Source: Myxococcales bacterium (GTDB lineage: Bacteria > Desulfobacterota > Binatia > HRBIN30). Taken from it: a stretch of DNA of 64,000 nucleotides. The notes below the pieces were generated by a model that worked only from the letters and a program-made list of their open reading frames with translations, had not been told where the DNA came from and made no database searches. Where the stretch lies: NCBI GenBank assembly GCA_037445065.1, contig JBBILD010000012.1, positions 1-64,000 on the forward strand. Reading direction: 5' to 3'. The first letter of the stretch is position 1. The number at the start of each line of letters is the position of its first letter. Position numbers and translations under genes: made by a program. Positions 37,611 to 48,023 of this stretch are shown here, one piece after another.

Positions 37611-40586
37611 ATGCGTCGAACACGCGGATTGGTTTCCCGACTTCGGCTCTTTGGTTGTGACCGTAAGGCGAGTCGGGCGGTTGGGATGCTACAAACCGAC
37701 GACGTGTGTCCGCGAGCGGGCTTTCTGCACCACTGCGCCTGGATCCTTGCAGTCGGCCTGATCTTGGCGTCGCTGGATGCGAAAGCGGCGGACGCAGCGC
37801 GCTGGCAAGCTGAATGCCCGCGGTGCACCGCGGCGAAAAACTACATGGCGCAGGCTGCAGCCCGAGAACACCCAGTGGACACACTCCCGCCTGAGCCGCA
37901 AAGCTGCGCCGCTCCAGGGCCGCGGCACTTGCACTCCGGCACAAAGGAGCAGTGCTCCCAGCCGGCGGCGCCCGCAGTAGCGGGATTGGAGACATCCACC
38001 GACCTCGGTCCGTCCAGTGCTGGTGCCGCTCGTCACGCTCCCGCAGTGCAACGGCCTTGCTCAGAGCTCGGCAACGCCGCTTCGCTCGCACCCGCGCCAG
38101 CGGGTTTCCCTGCGAGACCCGTCAGCGGTCGCCGGCTGTCGCAAGACGGAGATCCTGACGCCCGCAAAACCGCTGATCGCGACGAACGTTCCCACTCTGC
38201 CAGTGCGTCCGAGAGAAACCTCGTACCACCGCTTCTGAGCGCACCCAGAGAGGATGTTTCGGAGAGCCCGCGGCACGCTTTGCCGCAACGGGCCTCCGAG
38301 GCCACCGGCCTGGTCACGGACACCAACCGTGTCCCCGATTCCTCGCATGACGTCGGGCGCTGGTACGCGCTGTTGATCAACGGCGGTGGCACGAAGGAGC
38401 AGAATTACCAATCCCACCTCCTTCATCTGCGGCAGATCACCGACCTCTTACTGGCTGCCGGGGTGCCAGCGTCGCGCATTTACGCGTTCAGCAGCGACGG
38501 CAGCGACCCGGGTCGCGACCTTGCCGTGCGCGGCTTGCCCGCACACCAGGATTTCTGGATCGTCCGCGGCACGCGTGCCGAAGGCTACTTGCGGCCAGCG
38601 CTCCTGTTCGAGAATTCCGAGCTCCCTCCCTTGCGCCTGCGCCCCGCAACCCGGTCTGCCCTCAACCAGTGGTTTGCAACCACCGGCCGCGAGCTGCGCC
38701 TGGGCGACGCGCTGCTCGTGTTCGTGACTGACCATGGCACGAAAAACCCGGATGACCCGGACAACAACTGGATTGTGCTCTGGGGACGGGACGAAAAGCT
38801 CTCTGTGGATGACTTTGCTACCCTTCTCGATCGACTCCGGCCCGGAGTCCGCGTTCTCACCATCATGTCGCAGTGCTTTTCCGGGTCCTTCGCCCGCCTC
38901 GCCTGGTCTGGGGCCAGCCGGAGTTCGCCTCCCTACAAGCAGCCACGCGACCGCTGCGGCTTCTTCTCCACCGTCAAGGAGAGGCCCGCGTACGGCTGCT
39001 ACGCTGAAAACCTCGGCCGCAAAAACATCGGCCACGCTTTCCATTACTTACAGGCATGGGCAGAAACCGGCAGTACCATCCGCGCGCACGAAGAAACACT
39101 GGTGCGTGATGCGACGCCCGACGTTCCTTTACGCAGCTCGGATGAGTATTTGCGAACGCTGCTCCTCCAAGCTGCCGGGCAAAACGGCGAGGAGCTGTCC
39201 GCGCTCGTGGACCGCCTGCTCGCCCGCGCCTGGGAAGATGCGACGCGCTGGGAGCCGGAGGTCCGCCTGCTCGATCGGGTCGCAAGCGCGTACGGACTCT
39301 TCACTCCCCGTAGCTTGGCAGAGCTTGAGGAGCGTACCCGCCTCCTGCCCGATATCGCCGAGCAGTTGCGGAACGTGAGTTCCGCATGGCGCGGCGCTTG
39401 GCAGGATGCGAGCGAAGCCAATTGGGGCCGCTTCACCGAGGCGCACCCTGAATGGCAAAAGCGGCTTGCCGCCTTCGACCAGGGACGACTAACCGACCAC
39501 GAGCGCAGGCTGCTCGCCGAAGAACTGATTCCCGACCTGCTCTCCTTCACCCGAGCCTCGGACCAAACGTATCGCACGCTTCGCCTGCTTCGCCGCAAGG
39601 CCAGAGCCGCGGCTGCAGCTAGTTACCGCCTCGAGGTGCGCCAGGGCGCCCTGCTTCGCTTGGAGCGGCAACTCACTCGGATTGCCGGACTCCTTTGGCT
39701 CGAACGACACGCGTCTCACAAGGAGCGTGAGACGTTCGCTTCTCTCGCACGTTGCGAGGAATGGTTGATCCCCGACCGCGAACTGCCCCACCCGCGGTTG
39801 CTTCTTGCCCGCCCGTTTCCCCCGTTCGACCACGACGTTACCCGCGCGCAGCGGGCGTTGCCGGCCTGGATGGGCATCCAATTCCGCGAGCCGCGCGAGA
39901 AGCTTCGTACCGAATTTGCCCTTTCGCGCGGCGCCGCCGCGGTAACCACTGTTTACCCGGATTCCCCGGCTGCGCGGGCTGGTATCCAACAGGGAGACAT
40001 CCTGCTCGGCCCACCGGAGGCGCCCTTTCGCGACAAGGGCGAGGTGCGGCGCTGGATCATGCTGTCCCGCATCGGCGCGCCCAAGCAACTCCAGCTCTTG
40101 CGGGATGGGAAACAACACACGGTGACTCTCACTCCCGCACCGTATCCTTTCAAATGGCCCGAACTTCCTGGCCCGCCTGCAGTGGGTAGCGTCGCCCCTG
40201 CACTTCCTCCGCTCTCGGCATACCGTGGCGAGCTGCCGGCCATTGCCCAAGGCTCTCCCGTGCTTCTCTTTTTCTGGGCAAGTTGGTGCGCCGCTTGTAA
40301 GGCCGCTCTGCCCGAGCTGCTCGCCTTCGAGCGAGAACGCGCCGTGCCGGTGCTGGCGATTACCGACGAGCCGTCGGAGCGGCTCGAAGCATTTTTCCGG
40401 CAACCAGACCTACGCTTCCCCGACCGGGTTGCCATTGACGAGTACCGCAAAGCCTTTGTGGCTTACGGTGTCAGTGGAACCCCGACCTTCGTACTCCTGG
40501 ACGGTGCGGGTCGCGTGCAAGCATCTCATACGGGCTACGACCGCGGCAAGGGCCTACCATTCGAGGGGTGGAAATGGGCGCCGTAA
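37611..40586 (+). CDS. Multidomain protein: C13/caspase-fold peptidase-like + PDZ + TlpA-like thioredoxin
   Basis: ALLINGG, FVTDHG and MSQCFSG (His/Cys dyad); WMGI..VYPDSPAARAGIQQGD (PDZ); FWASWCAAC..YGVSGTPT (Trx). Start uncertain. Confidence 0.7.
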   Translation: MRRTRGLVSRLRLFGCDRKASRAVGMLQTDDVCPRAGFLHHCAWILAVGLILASLDAKAADAARWQAECPRCTAAKNYMAQAAAREHPVDTLPPEPQSCAAPGPRHLHSGTKEQCSQPAAPAVAGLETSTDLGPSSAGAARHAPAVQRPCSELGNAASLAPAPAGFPARPVSGRRLSQDGDPDARKTADRDERSHSASASERNLVPPLLSAPREDVSESPRHALPQRASEATGLVTDTNRVPDSSHDVGRWYALLINGGGTKEQNYQSHLLHLRQITDLLLAAGVPASRIYAFSSDGSDPGRDLAVRGLPAHQDFWIVRGTRAEGYLRPALLFENSELPPLRLRPATRSALNQWFATTGRELRLGDALLVFVTDHGTKNPDDPDNNWIVLWGRDEKLSVDDFATLLDRLRPGVRVLTIMSQCFSGSFARLAWSGASRSSPPYKQPRDRCGFFSTVKERPAYGCYAENLGRKNIGHAFHYLQAWAETGSTIRAHEETLVRDATPDVPLRSSDEYLRTLLLQAAGQNGEELSALVDRLLARAWEDATRWEPEVRLLDRVASAYGLFTPRSLAELEERTRLLPDIAEQLRNVSSAWRGAWQDASEANWGRFTEAHPEWQKRLAAFDQGRLTDHERRLLAEELIPDLLSFTRASDQTYRTLRLLRRKARAAAAASYRLEVRQGALLRLERQLTRIAGLLWLERHASHKERETFASLARCEEWLIPDRELPHPRLLLARPFPPFDHDVTRAQRALPAWMGIQFREPREKLRTEFALSRGAAAVTTVYPDSPAARAGIQQGDILLGPPEAPFRDKGEVRRWIMLSRIGAPKQLQLLRDGKQHTVTLTPAPYPFKWPELPGPPAVGSVAPALPPLSAYRGELPAIAQGSPVLLFFWASWCAACKAALPELLAFERERAVPVLAITDEPSERLEAFFRQPDLRFPDRVAIDEYRKAFVAYGVSGTPTFVLLDGAGRVQASHTGYDRGKGLPFEGWKWAP

Positions 40587-41551
40587 ACCCGCGCCCGGCC
40601 CCTGCGCCCGTGTCCCGGGCGACAGCCCGGGCGGCGTACCGCGACGAGCAGCTCGGCATTGCCCTTGCCTTGGCCTGTGCCGTCAACGCCGCCTTCGTCC
40701 CGGCCGTAGCCAAGGTGACCACCGCCTACACGGACGCCGCTACGGTGGCGTTTTTGACCACCGTGATCGGGGCCGCCGTCGCTGTTGTTGTGCTTGCCGT
40801 ACGTGGGATGTTATCGGCACTGTGGGCACCGCACCAGCGCGTGTCCCTCTGCCTGCTCGGCATTCTCGGCACTGGCGTCTCTTTCTACCTCTTCTTTTCG
40901 GGAGCAGAGAAGGCAAGCGCCGTGGAGACGGTTCTCTGCCTGCAAATCGAACCCGTGTACTCGCTCCTCCTCGCGTGGTGGTTCCTAGGCCAGCGCCCCA
41001 CCCGGCAGCGCGCTGGGAGTACAGTGGTGATCCTGCTCGGCCTCGGGCTCGCACTCGGGGTCCGCGACTTCCCTTCTTCAGCAGGAGTGGCGTACTTGCT
41101 CGCCACACCCCTGTGCTGGCAACTCTCTCATCTCATCGTTCTGCGCAAACTTGCCGGCGCTCCGCTCGAGGCCCTCACCGCCGCTCGGTACCTTTGGGGC
41201 GCTTTGGTTTTGGGGCTCCTCTGGCTCGCCACGCCAGCTCGCGGCGGCTCCGTGGTCGAGCTTCCGCCGAGCGCGTGGATTTGGCTCGCGATCCAGGGGG
41301 CCGTACTCAGCTACGGCGGAACCACCCTGTGGTACGGAGCGGTGCGGCGCATTGACCTGGCACGAGCTACCGTGCTGGTGGTGCCAACCGTACCGGTGCT
41401 GGCACTGATCGTGAGCTTTCTGCTTCTCGGCGAGGTGCCCAGCTTCCGCGAACTTGTCGGCGTCTCGCTGACCATTGTCGGGGTCACCACCTTCGCTGCC
41501 CGCCCAGCCCAGCACAGGTGGCCGCGGAAACCCGACGACGTCGGAGCCTGA
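40574..41551 (+). CDS. DMT/EamA family transporter
   Basis: About 10 TM helices; LWYGAVRRI, LLLGEVPS. Confidence 0.85.
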   Translation: MGAVNPRPAPAPVSRATARAAYRDEQLGIALALACAVNAAFVPAVAKVTTAYTDAATVAFLTTVIGAAVAVVVLAVRGMLSALWAPHQRVSLCLLGILGTGVSFYLFFSGAEKASAVETVLCLQIEPVYSLLLAWWFLGQRPTRQRAGSTVVILLGLGLALGVRDFPSSAGVAYLLATPLCWQLSHLIVLRKLAGAPLEALTAARYLWGALVLGLLWLATPARGGSVVELPPSAWIWLAIQGAVLSYGGTTLWYGAVRRIDLARATVLVVPTVPVLALIVSFLLLGEVPSFRELVGVSLTIVGVTTFAARPAQHRWPRKPDDVGA

Positions 41552-41728
41552 GCGCGCTTCCATCGTGGGCCCTCGGGTGGGCTTCGCGTGTCGCCTGTCA
41601 GCGACACACTCCGGCAGATCCAGCTGGAGCCGCGCCCCCACTGCCTCGAGCTTCGACCGGGCTGGTTCCGACCCGACCCAGTCGCGCCCGGCTGGTCACG
41701 GCCGCGGCAACTGACCGAGAGGGCAAAG

Positions 41729-42031
41729 CGGATGTCCATGCTTGGACGTGGGCGGGGGAAAAATGGGTGTCCAACGAAGAGAGCACGGTTAGGCGGAGGC
41801 CCGAGGTCGGACCGGCGATCGGCAAAGGGGCGACGGAAAGTATGGGTGTCCACGGGGAGAACTGATCGACGGCAAGGTGCATGAGGCGGAGGGGGGGTAG
41901 AGATGCCTAAGGGGGAGTTACGGACGCCAACGGTAAGAGTGGGTGTCCCAGGAAGGAACCAGCTTCGCGGGCGGTCTGAAAAGTGGGTGTCCACGATAGG
42001 TCTCTCCGGGCGGTCCGAAAAGTGGGTGTCC
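41729..42031 (+). repeat. TGGGTGTCC motif cluster 5
   Basis: Exact copies at 41764, 41843, 41940, 41984 and 42023; 39-bp-period duplication GGGCGGTCyGAAAAGTGGGTGTCC. Confidence 0.85.
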
Positions 42032-42155
42032 GTGGGAGGTCCCAGGAGGTCCCCACTCTGGACGAGCTTGGCGCGGGCGTCTCCACTTGCCCGCCGAACC
42101 GAGCGAGGTTTCGACCCCCGACGCTCCACCCACGGAGGGTGGGTGCTGTGGTCCC

Positions 42156-42365
42156 GAGAATCCTCGCCACTGGGCCTGGACCTATCTAATGCGCCGCGTC
42201 TTCGACCTCGACGTGCTCGCCTGCCCCCGCTGTGGCGGTCGCATGTCGGTGCTCGCGTACGACGAGGCGGAGTCCCTAACACTCGCCGCCCCCCGCGCGG
42301 CTCGGCGCGCGCCGTCATCCACGTGCGGCTCGACCGTCCTACCGGAGCTAACGGCTCCGGGCGGA
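42156..42365 (+). mobile_element. IS91-family transposase C-terminal remnant
   Basis: WAWTYLMRRVFDLDVLACPRCGGRMSVLA resembles the C-terminal W..L..RVF..D...CP.CGG.M motif; no upstream catalytic domain. Confidence 0.65.
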
Positions 42366-42537
42366 GCGGCGGCGAAGGTCCGCGTTCGGCGGTTATGTCT
42401 CCACTCGACTGAGAAGGGCGCTGAAATCGCCTATCTTCCGAGCATCCGAGCGCGGCGCTGCGCCCCTAAATCGAGCAGGCGGTGCGCATCTGTCCGCGCC
42501 AGGCGATTTGCATCGTGGAGGATTGAGGGCGCGGCGA

Positions 42538-42858
42538 ATGGGAGGCGCGCACCGGCGCCGCGCACGCATCGCCATTCTGCTGCTGGCCACCGTCCTAACT
42601 GGCCCGGCGCACGCCACCTCACACCACGCGCGCGGGCCATCGTGCACCGCCATTCGCAAAGCAGTGTGGTCGGGACGAACGCTGGAGCAGGTCACCACCG
42701 AGTACGACACGGACGTGGCACAGGCGATGAAATGCCTGCAGACGAAGGGCCACCGCCGCAAAGACCACGCCCCCCGCAAGACCCGCCCGGCACACCAGAC
42801 GAAAAAACCTCCGCCGGCGCCTGCCAGCCGTACGGTGCACGCCCACACGGCACCCTGA
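42538..42858 (+). CDS. Small secreted hypothetical protein
   Basis: Signal peptide IAILLLATVLTGPAHA, Cys pair, basic tail; upstream GAGG. Confidence 0.5.
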   Translation: MGGAHRRRARIAILLLATVLTGPAHATSHHARGPSCTAIRKAVWSGRTLEQVTTEYDTDVAQAMKCLQTKGHRRKDHAPRKTRPAHQTKKPPPAPASRTVHAHTAP

Positions 42859-42891
42859 TCGCGACAGAGTGATCCACACCGCCCGCGGCAG

Positions 42892-43917
42892 TCACCGGCT
42901 CACCTGCGCGAAAAGGCGCAGAAAGTTCCCCCCCATGATCCGCGTCACCTCTCCCGCTGAGAGACCGCGCCGGCGCAACCCCTCCGCAATGGACGGGTAC
43001 TGGCGGTGATTGACGACCACCGGACGATAGTTCGCAGCCATGTCGGTTCCGATGCCGACGTGATCGACACCCACCGTCTCGACGAGGCGCAGGATCTCGT
43101 CGAGGAACTGCTCGAAAGTGTCGAGCGTCACGCCGGCTGGCCAGGCGCCGATCAACCCGCCCCCGTCGGCAACCAGGCGGGCGTGCTCCACGCTCAACAG
43201 GCGGGGATGCGCGCGCGCGCGGGCAAGGTGGCTGTGGGAAATCATCACCGGCGCCCGCGAGCGTTCAACGACGGCAGCGGTGGTCGCGAAAGACGCATGC
43301 GCCAGGTCGATCAGCATTCCTAACCGGTTCATCTCCCCGACAACCGCGGCGCCAAAGTCCGACAGGCCCCGATGCTCCGGCGGCTCAGTTTGCACGTCTC
43401 CCACCTCGTTGACGCGATAATGCACCAGCGTGACCGCGCGCACGCCCAGCCAGTACGCTTCGGCGAGTCGCTCGAGCCGCCCCTCGAGAAAGTCAGCGCC
43501 TTCACATCTGAGCAGCACACCAACGCGCTGCTCACGCATCGCTGCCTCCACGTCCGTGGGCGAGAGGACGACGCGGACCTCGCCGGAGGCCGCGAACTGC
43601 CGCAGGGAATCGAGCTGGCGACGGTGATCGGCGTAAGCTTCGCCGGGCTCAAACGGCCGCCGCACGCATAGCAAGCGCTCAGGGTCGGGCCCGAGCACGC
43701 GCAGGTCGCTCACCGTGGAGAACGACGCGACACTGACCCCGCCGGCCTTCAGGTCGGCCACCGCCTCGCCCATCGCCGGCGCCCCCAGAAGAGCAACGAG
43801 CGGATCACCCACCTGGCAGCCGAGGAGGAAGCAGCGACCCGGATGGGCGTGCAGATCCACCCAGGGCCCCATCTCGCAGGCCTCCCGGCGCGGCGGTGAC
43901 TCTTGCCCGTGCGACAT
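42892..43917 (-). CDS. Membrane dipeptidase (M19) family protein
   Basis: DLHAH, EGAD, MNRLGMLIDLAH, SHS, HVGIGTD, GGNFLR. Confidence 0.88.
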   Translation of the reverse strand: MSHGQESPPRREACEMGPWVDLHAHPGRCFLLGCQVGDPLVALLGAPAMGEAVADLKAGGVSVASFSTVSDLRVLGPDPERLLCVRRPFEPGEAYADHRRQLDSLRQFAASGEVRVVLSPTDVEAAMREQRVGVLLRCEGADFLEGRLERLAEAYWLGVRAVTLVHYRVNEVGDVQTEPPEHRGLSDFGAAVVGEMNRLGMLIDLAHASFATTAAVVERSRAPVMISHSHLARARAHPRLLSVEHARLVADGGGLIGAWPAGVTLDTFEQFLDEILRLVETVGVDHVGIGTDMAANYRPVVVNHRQYPSIAEGLRRRGLSAGEVTRIMGGNFLRLFAQVSR

Positions 43918-43930
43918 CGAGCCCTCCTGC

Positions 43931-45562
43931 TCACCGCGGCGGCCGCGGGCTTTGGCTGGCGGCGACGTAGCGCGCCAGGGTGGTGGACATGGCCCCGCGC
44001 CGCAGCATCGCTTCGATGAGGAAGAAGCGGCCGCGGGTGGTAGCAGCGCGTTCGAGCGCCGCCGCCAGCTCCTGGCGCGTCGCCACGCGCACCCCCTCGC
44101 CGCCGAGCACGCGGGCCAGATCGGCGTAGTGCCAGTCGGCAAGGTCGTGGCACCGCGATGCCGGCTGAAAAGCGCGCAGCATCTCCCACCCCGAGTTGTT
44201 GAACACCACCACAATAGGATCCCAGCCGTAGCGCTGGCAGTTGCCGAGTTCGAAGCCGGTCATCTGAAAGGCGCCGTCGCCCACCAGGATCAGCGGCCGC
44301 GTCCCCATTGCCACCTGCAGGCCCAGACCGGCCGGCACGCCGTACCCCATGGTGGCGTAGTAGGCCGGCGCGGTGAGGTGCGTGTAGGCGATGCGCGTGG
44401 CCGTGAACACGCAGTCTCCCATGTCGGCGGCGATCGGCAGCGGCCCGTGCCGGTCCATGAGGTCGTTCACCGCGCAGGCGATATCCTCGGGCGCAATCGG
44501 CGCGGCGTCGGCGGGCAGGCCGCGAGGGTAGCGAACAGGTGGGATCGCCGGGACCGAACGCGGACGCGGCGGCCGGCGCGCGGCGTGCTCGAGGAGCGCG
44601 TCCACGAAGGCTTCCAGCGGCACCGGCGAGTAGGTGTGGAAACCGAGCGTGACGCGGCGGTCGAGCGCCTGGATGGTGCGCCGCAGATCGATCCGCGTCC
44701 GCGAAGCAGCCAGATTGCTGTCGGACAAGATGACTCCGAGGAGCAGGAGGGCATCCGATTCTTCCACCAGACGCGCGATCTCCGCTTCACCGGCTACGCC
44801 GAGGTACGTGCCGAGTGGAGGGACGGGGGCATCGGCAAGCAGACCGCGCCCCATGAAACTCGTCACCACCGGCAACTGCAAGCGGGCCGCCAGCGCCGCC
44901 ACTTTGTCCTCGATGCCGTACCGCTTGACTTCGACGCCCACCATCAGCACTGGCGCCTGCGCCCGGGTGAGGGCCGCGAGCACCTCGACGGCACACGCCT
45001 CCACCATCTCCCGGTCGACGGGAGAAGGCGTCGAGGGCGGCACCGGCGCACACGGGGCGTCGACGAGATCGCGCGGAACTTCGATATACACCGGCTGCGA
45101 GAACTCGCGCGCACTCTGCAGGACGCGGGCTATCGCCACGGGTGCCTGGATGGGTCGTCGAGGACAGCCTGGTCGCAGGTGATCTCGCGGAACACGCGGA
45201 GCTGCGATTCGAGGGTCTTGCCTTGATGGTGCAGCAAGAGGCCGCCGGCGCGTTCGCTGACGCCCGGTGCACCCGAGATGACCACCAGCGGTGATTTTTC
45301 AGCGAGCGCACACGTCGTCGCGTTGACGATGTTCAGTCCGCCGGCACCGTAGGTGACCACCGCCACGCCGAGCCCGCTTCCAGCTCGCGCCGCGGCATCG
45401 GCGGCGAAACCGACGGCGGGCTCGTGGCTCAGCGTGTAAAGAGGCAGGATGGCGCTTTCTTCGATCACCCGGAAGAGGGGTAAGGCGAAGTCCCCGGGAA
45501 TGCCGAACAGCGCTGTCGCGCCGCGCGCGCAGCGCATGCAACAACGTTTCCGCCAGTGTCAT
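43931..45562 (-). pseudogene. ipdC: Indolepyruvate/phenylpyruvate decarboxylase (ThDP), twice frameshifted
   Basis: MTLAETLLHAL | FGIPGDFALP, SHEPAVGFAADA, LLHHQ | AIARVL...GDGAFQMTG...NN lie across separate ORFs; shifts near 45525 and 45147. Confidence 0.85.
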
Positions 45563-45846
45563 CGTCGGTACCAGACCCAGCCTTCTGCTTACGCGCTGGC
45601 AGGCACCGGTGCAAGCCACATTGGTCGCCGTTTCGCCGTTCGCGCTCCGGATGCCGTTATAAACCATGGCTGGCGACAGGCCGCGCAATCCTTGCAAGGA
45701 CTGCGCGAGTGATATGCGGCGTGCCAAGATCCTTCGGCTCGGCATGATCCACGTGGCAGCCTTGCTGCTGAACCAACGCACCAAGGGACCGGCCGATGCC
45801 TTCGGAGAACAAGGGGGCAGAGAGACCCGTGACCACGCGGCCACCC

Positions 45847-46200
45847 ATGCCCGCCGGCGCAGGGGGCGCCCTGCCCCACGGCGCCGAGGCCGGGCGTCAC
45901 CCACTCGACCGTCTGGTGCGCGAGCTGTCGCTCACCGGCGCGACCATGCTGGTGGTGTCGTCGGTCATCGGAGTGGGGGTTTTTCTCGCCCCGGGTCGCG
46001 TCGCCCAGGTGCTGCCGCCTCCGGTTCTCTTCCTCGCCGCGTGCGTAGGTGGCGGCCTGCTCTCCCTCGCCGAGGCCCTGGCCAACGCCTCGCTCGGGGT
46101 GATGTATCCGCACGCCGGCGGCGACTACGTCTGCCTGCGCCAGGCCTGCCATCCGCTCGCCGGATTTCTGGTCGGGTAGTTGTCGTTCGTCGTCCGTCCT
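45847..46200 (+). pseudogene. Truncated APC-family amino acid permease
   Basis: RELSLTGATMLVVSSVIGVGVF...YPHAGGDY...AGFLVG* with TAG where Trp is expected; the remainder is absent. Confidence 0.75.
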
Positions 46201-46526
46201 ACCGGAGGTAACGGCTGCGGGCGAAGTGGCGGGGAAGGCCGCGTTCGGCGGTGACGTCACCTCTCGATTGAGAACGCCGCTACAAGCGCCTAGCTGCCTC
46301 GAAGCACGAGGGAGCCGCCGACCAATGCCCGAGACCCTGATCATCCCCTGACGGTTCCGTAGCCCGGAACAGTCCGGAAACAGCGGATACAGGTGCGGCG
46401 TCGTCGCGGTGCTGCTCGACGGGGACGCCGAGGCGGTCGCCCTTGTGCGTTCACGGGTCTCGGAAGTCGTCGTCGAGCGCAAGTAGTCGGATTCCTAGCC
46501 ATAGCGGCTACCAGGGGAACGGGCGC

Positions 46527-48023
46527 TCAACCCTCGAGGCTAACGTACACGTTTTTCACCTGCGTGTATTCCCACAAAGCCTCGCGCCCCGCTTCGCGCC
46601 CGACGCCGCTTTCCCCGAAGCCACCGAACGGAACCGTGTACGGTAGGGTGCCGTACGTATTCACCCACACTGTACCGGCGCGCAGCTGCGCCGCCACTCG
46701 GTGCGCTTGCGCAAGATTGCTCGTCCACACTCCCGCAGCAAGGCCATACCGTGTGTGGTTGGCCAGACGGATCGCCTCCTCCTCGCTGGCGAAAGGGAAC
46801 AGCACCAGCACGGGCCCAAAGATCTCTTCTTGCGCCAGGGGGGAATCCGGGGAGAGTCCGGCGAGAAGCGCAGGCGAAAGAAAGTACCCGTTCGCCAAAC
46901 CGCCGCCCAGCCGCTCGCTGCGACAAATCCACCGCGCGTTCTCACGTTCCGCGATGGCAAGGTAACCCTGGACTTTTCGTAAGTGCTCCGCCGAGATGAG
47001 CGGCCCCAACAAGACCCCGGGCTGAAGCGGGTCGCCGATCGCGAGCCCGGCAACGAAGGCACGCAGGCGCTCCACGAAGGGCTCGAACACCGCCTGCTCC
47101 ACCAACACGCGCGTACCGGCTGCGCACGCTTGCCCGGAAAGGGCCAGGCCACCGAGCGCCACACCCGCCGCGGCGCGATCGAGATCTGCACTGGCAAACA
47201 CGAGTTGCGGGGACTTGCCACCCAGCTCGAGCGTGAGCTTTTTGAGGGTCGCGGCTCCCGCCTCCATAATTTTCTTGCCGGTCGCCGAGCCTCCCGTAAA
47301 GGACACCTTGTCAATGCCAGGATGGCGAAGCATGGCTTCGCCGGTGCGCGGTCCACCGGTGATCACGTTCATCAGTCCGGGCGGCAGATCGGCCTCGAGA
47401 CAGAGTTCCGCGAAGCGCAGGATCGAGAGCGAGCCGAGTTCCGAAGGTTTCACGACCACGGTGTTCCCAGTGGCGAGAGCCGGTGCCACCTTGGAACCAA
47501 GAAACACCAGCGGTGTATTCCAAGCGGTAATTGCGCCCACCACCCCGTACGGCTCGCGCCGCATGTAATCGAGCGCCGCCTCAGAACCCGGCAGCGGCAC
47601 AACCGCTCCGTAAACCTTGTCACACCACGAAGCGTAATACTCGAAATTACGCACCAAGCTACGCGCCGCGAAACCGCGTGCGAGCGTATGCAGCATGCCC
47701 ACATCGAGCGATTCGAGAAGCGCCAGTTCCTCCCGGTGCTTGTCCGCCAATTCGGCCAACTTCAGCAACACGCGCCGGCGCTCCGCGGCAGAACTGCGTT
47801 GCCAGCGACCTTCCCACGCCTGGCGCGCTGCCGCCACCGCCCGTTTCACCTCTTCTTCCCCCGCTTGCGCTATGGCAGCGAAGGACTCGCCCGTACTCGG
47901 GTCCGTCACCGGCAGCAGCGAAGGCTCCTGCGGAGCCACCCACTGCCCGGCGATGTACAGCCCCGGCGCAGGCAACCGCACCGCGGCACGCGCCGCGAAA
48001 TGATCCAGAGCTGCGTTCGTCAT
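46527..48023 (-). CDS. Aldehyde dehydrogenase
   Basis: FTGG, LELGGKSP, SGQAC, EEIFGPV, PFGG. Confidence 0.95.
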   Translation of the reverse strand: MTNAALDHFAARAAVRLPAPGLYIAGQWVAPQEPSLLPVTDPSTGESFAAIAQAGEEEVKRAVAAARQAWEGRWQRSSAAERRRVLLKLAELADKHREELALLESLDVGMLHTLARGFAARSLVRNFEYYASWCDKVYGAVVPLPGSEAALDYMRREPYGVVGAITAWNTPLVFLGSKVAPALATGNTVVVKPSELGSLSILRFAELCLEADLPPGLMNVITGGPRTGEAMLRHPGIDKVSFTGGSATGKKIMEAGAATLKKLTLELGGKSPQLVFASADLDRAAAGVALGGLALSGQACAAGTRVLVEQAVFEPFVERLRAFVAGLAIGDPLQPGVLLGPLISAEHLRKVQGYLAIAERENARWICRSERLGGGLANGYFLSPALLAGLSPDSPLAQEEIFGPVLVLFPFASEEEAIRLANHTRYGLAAGVWTSNLAQAHRVAAQLRAGTVWVNTYGTLPYTVPFGGFGESGVGREAGREALWEYTQVKNVYVSLEG

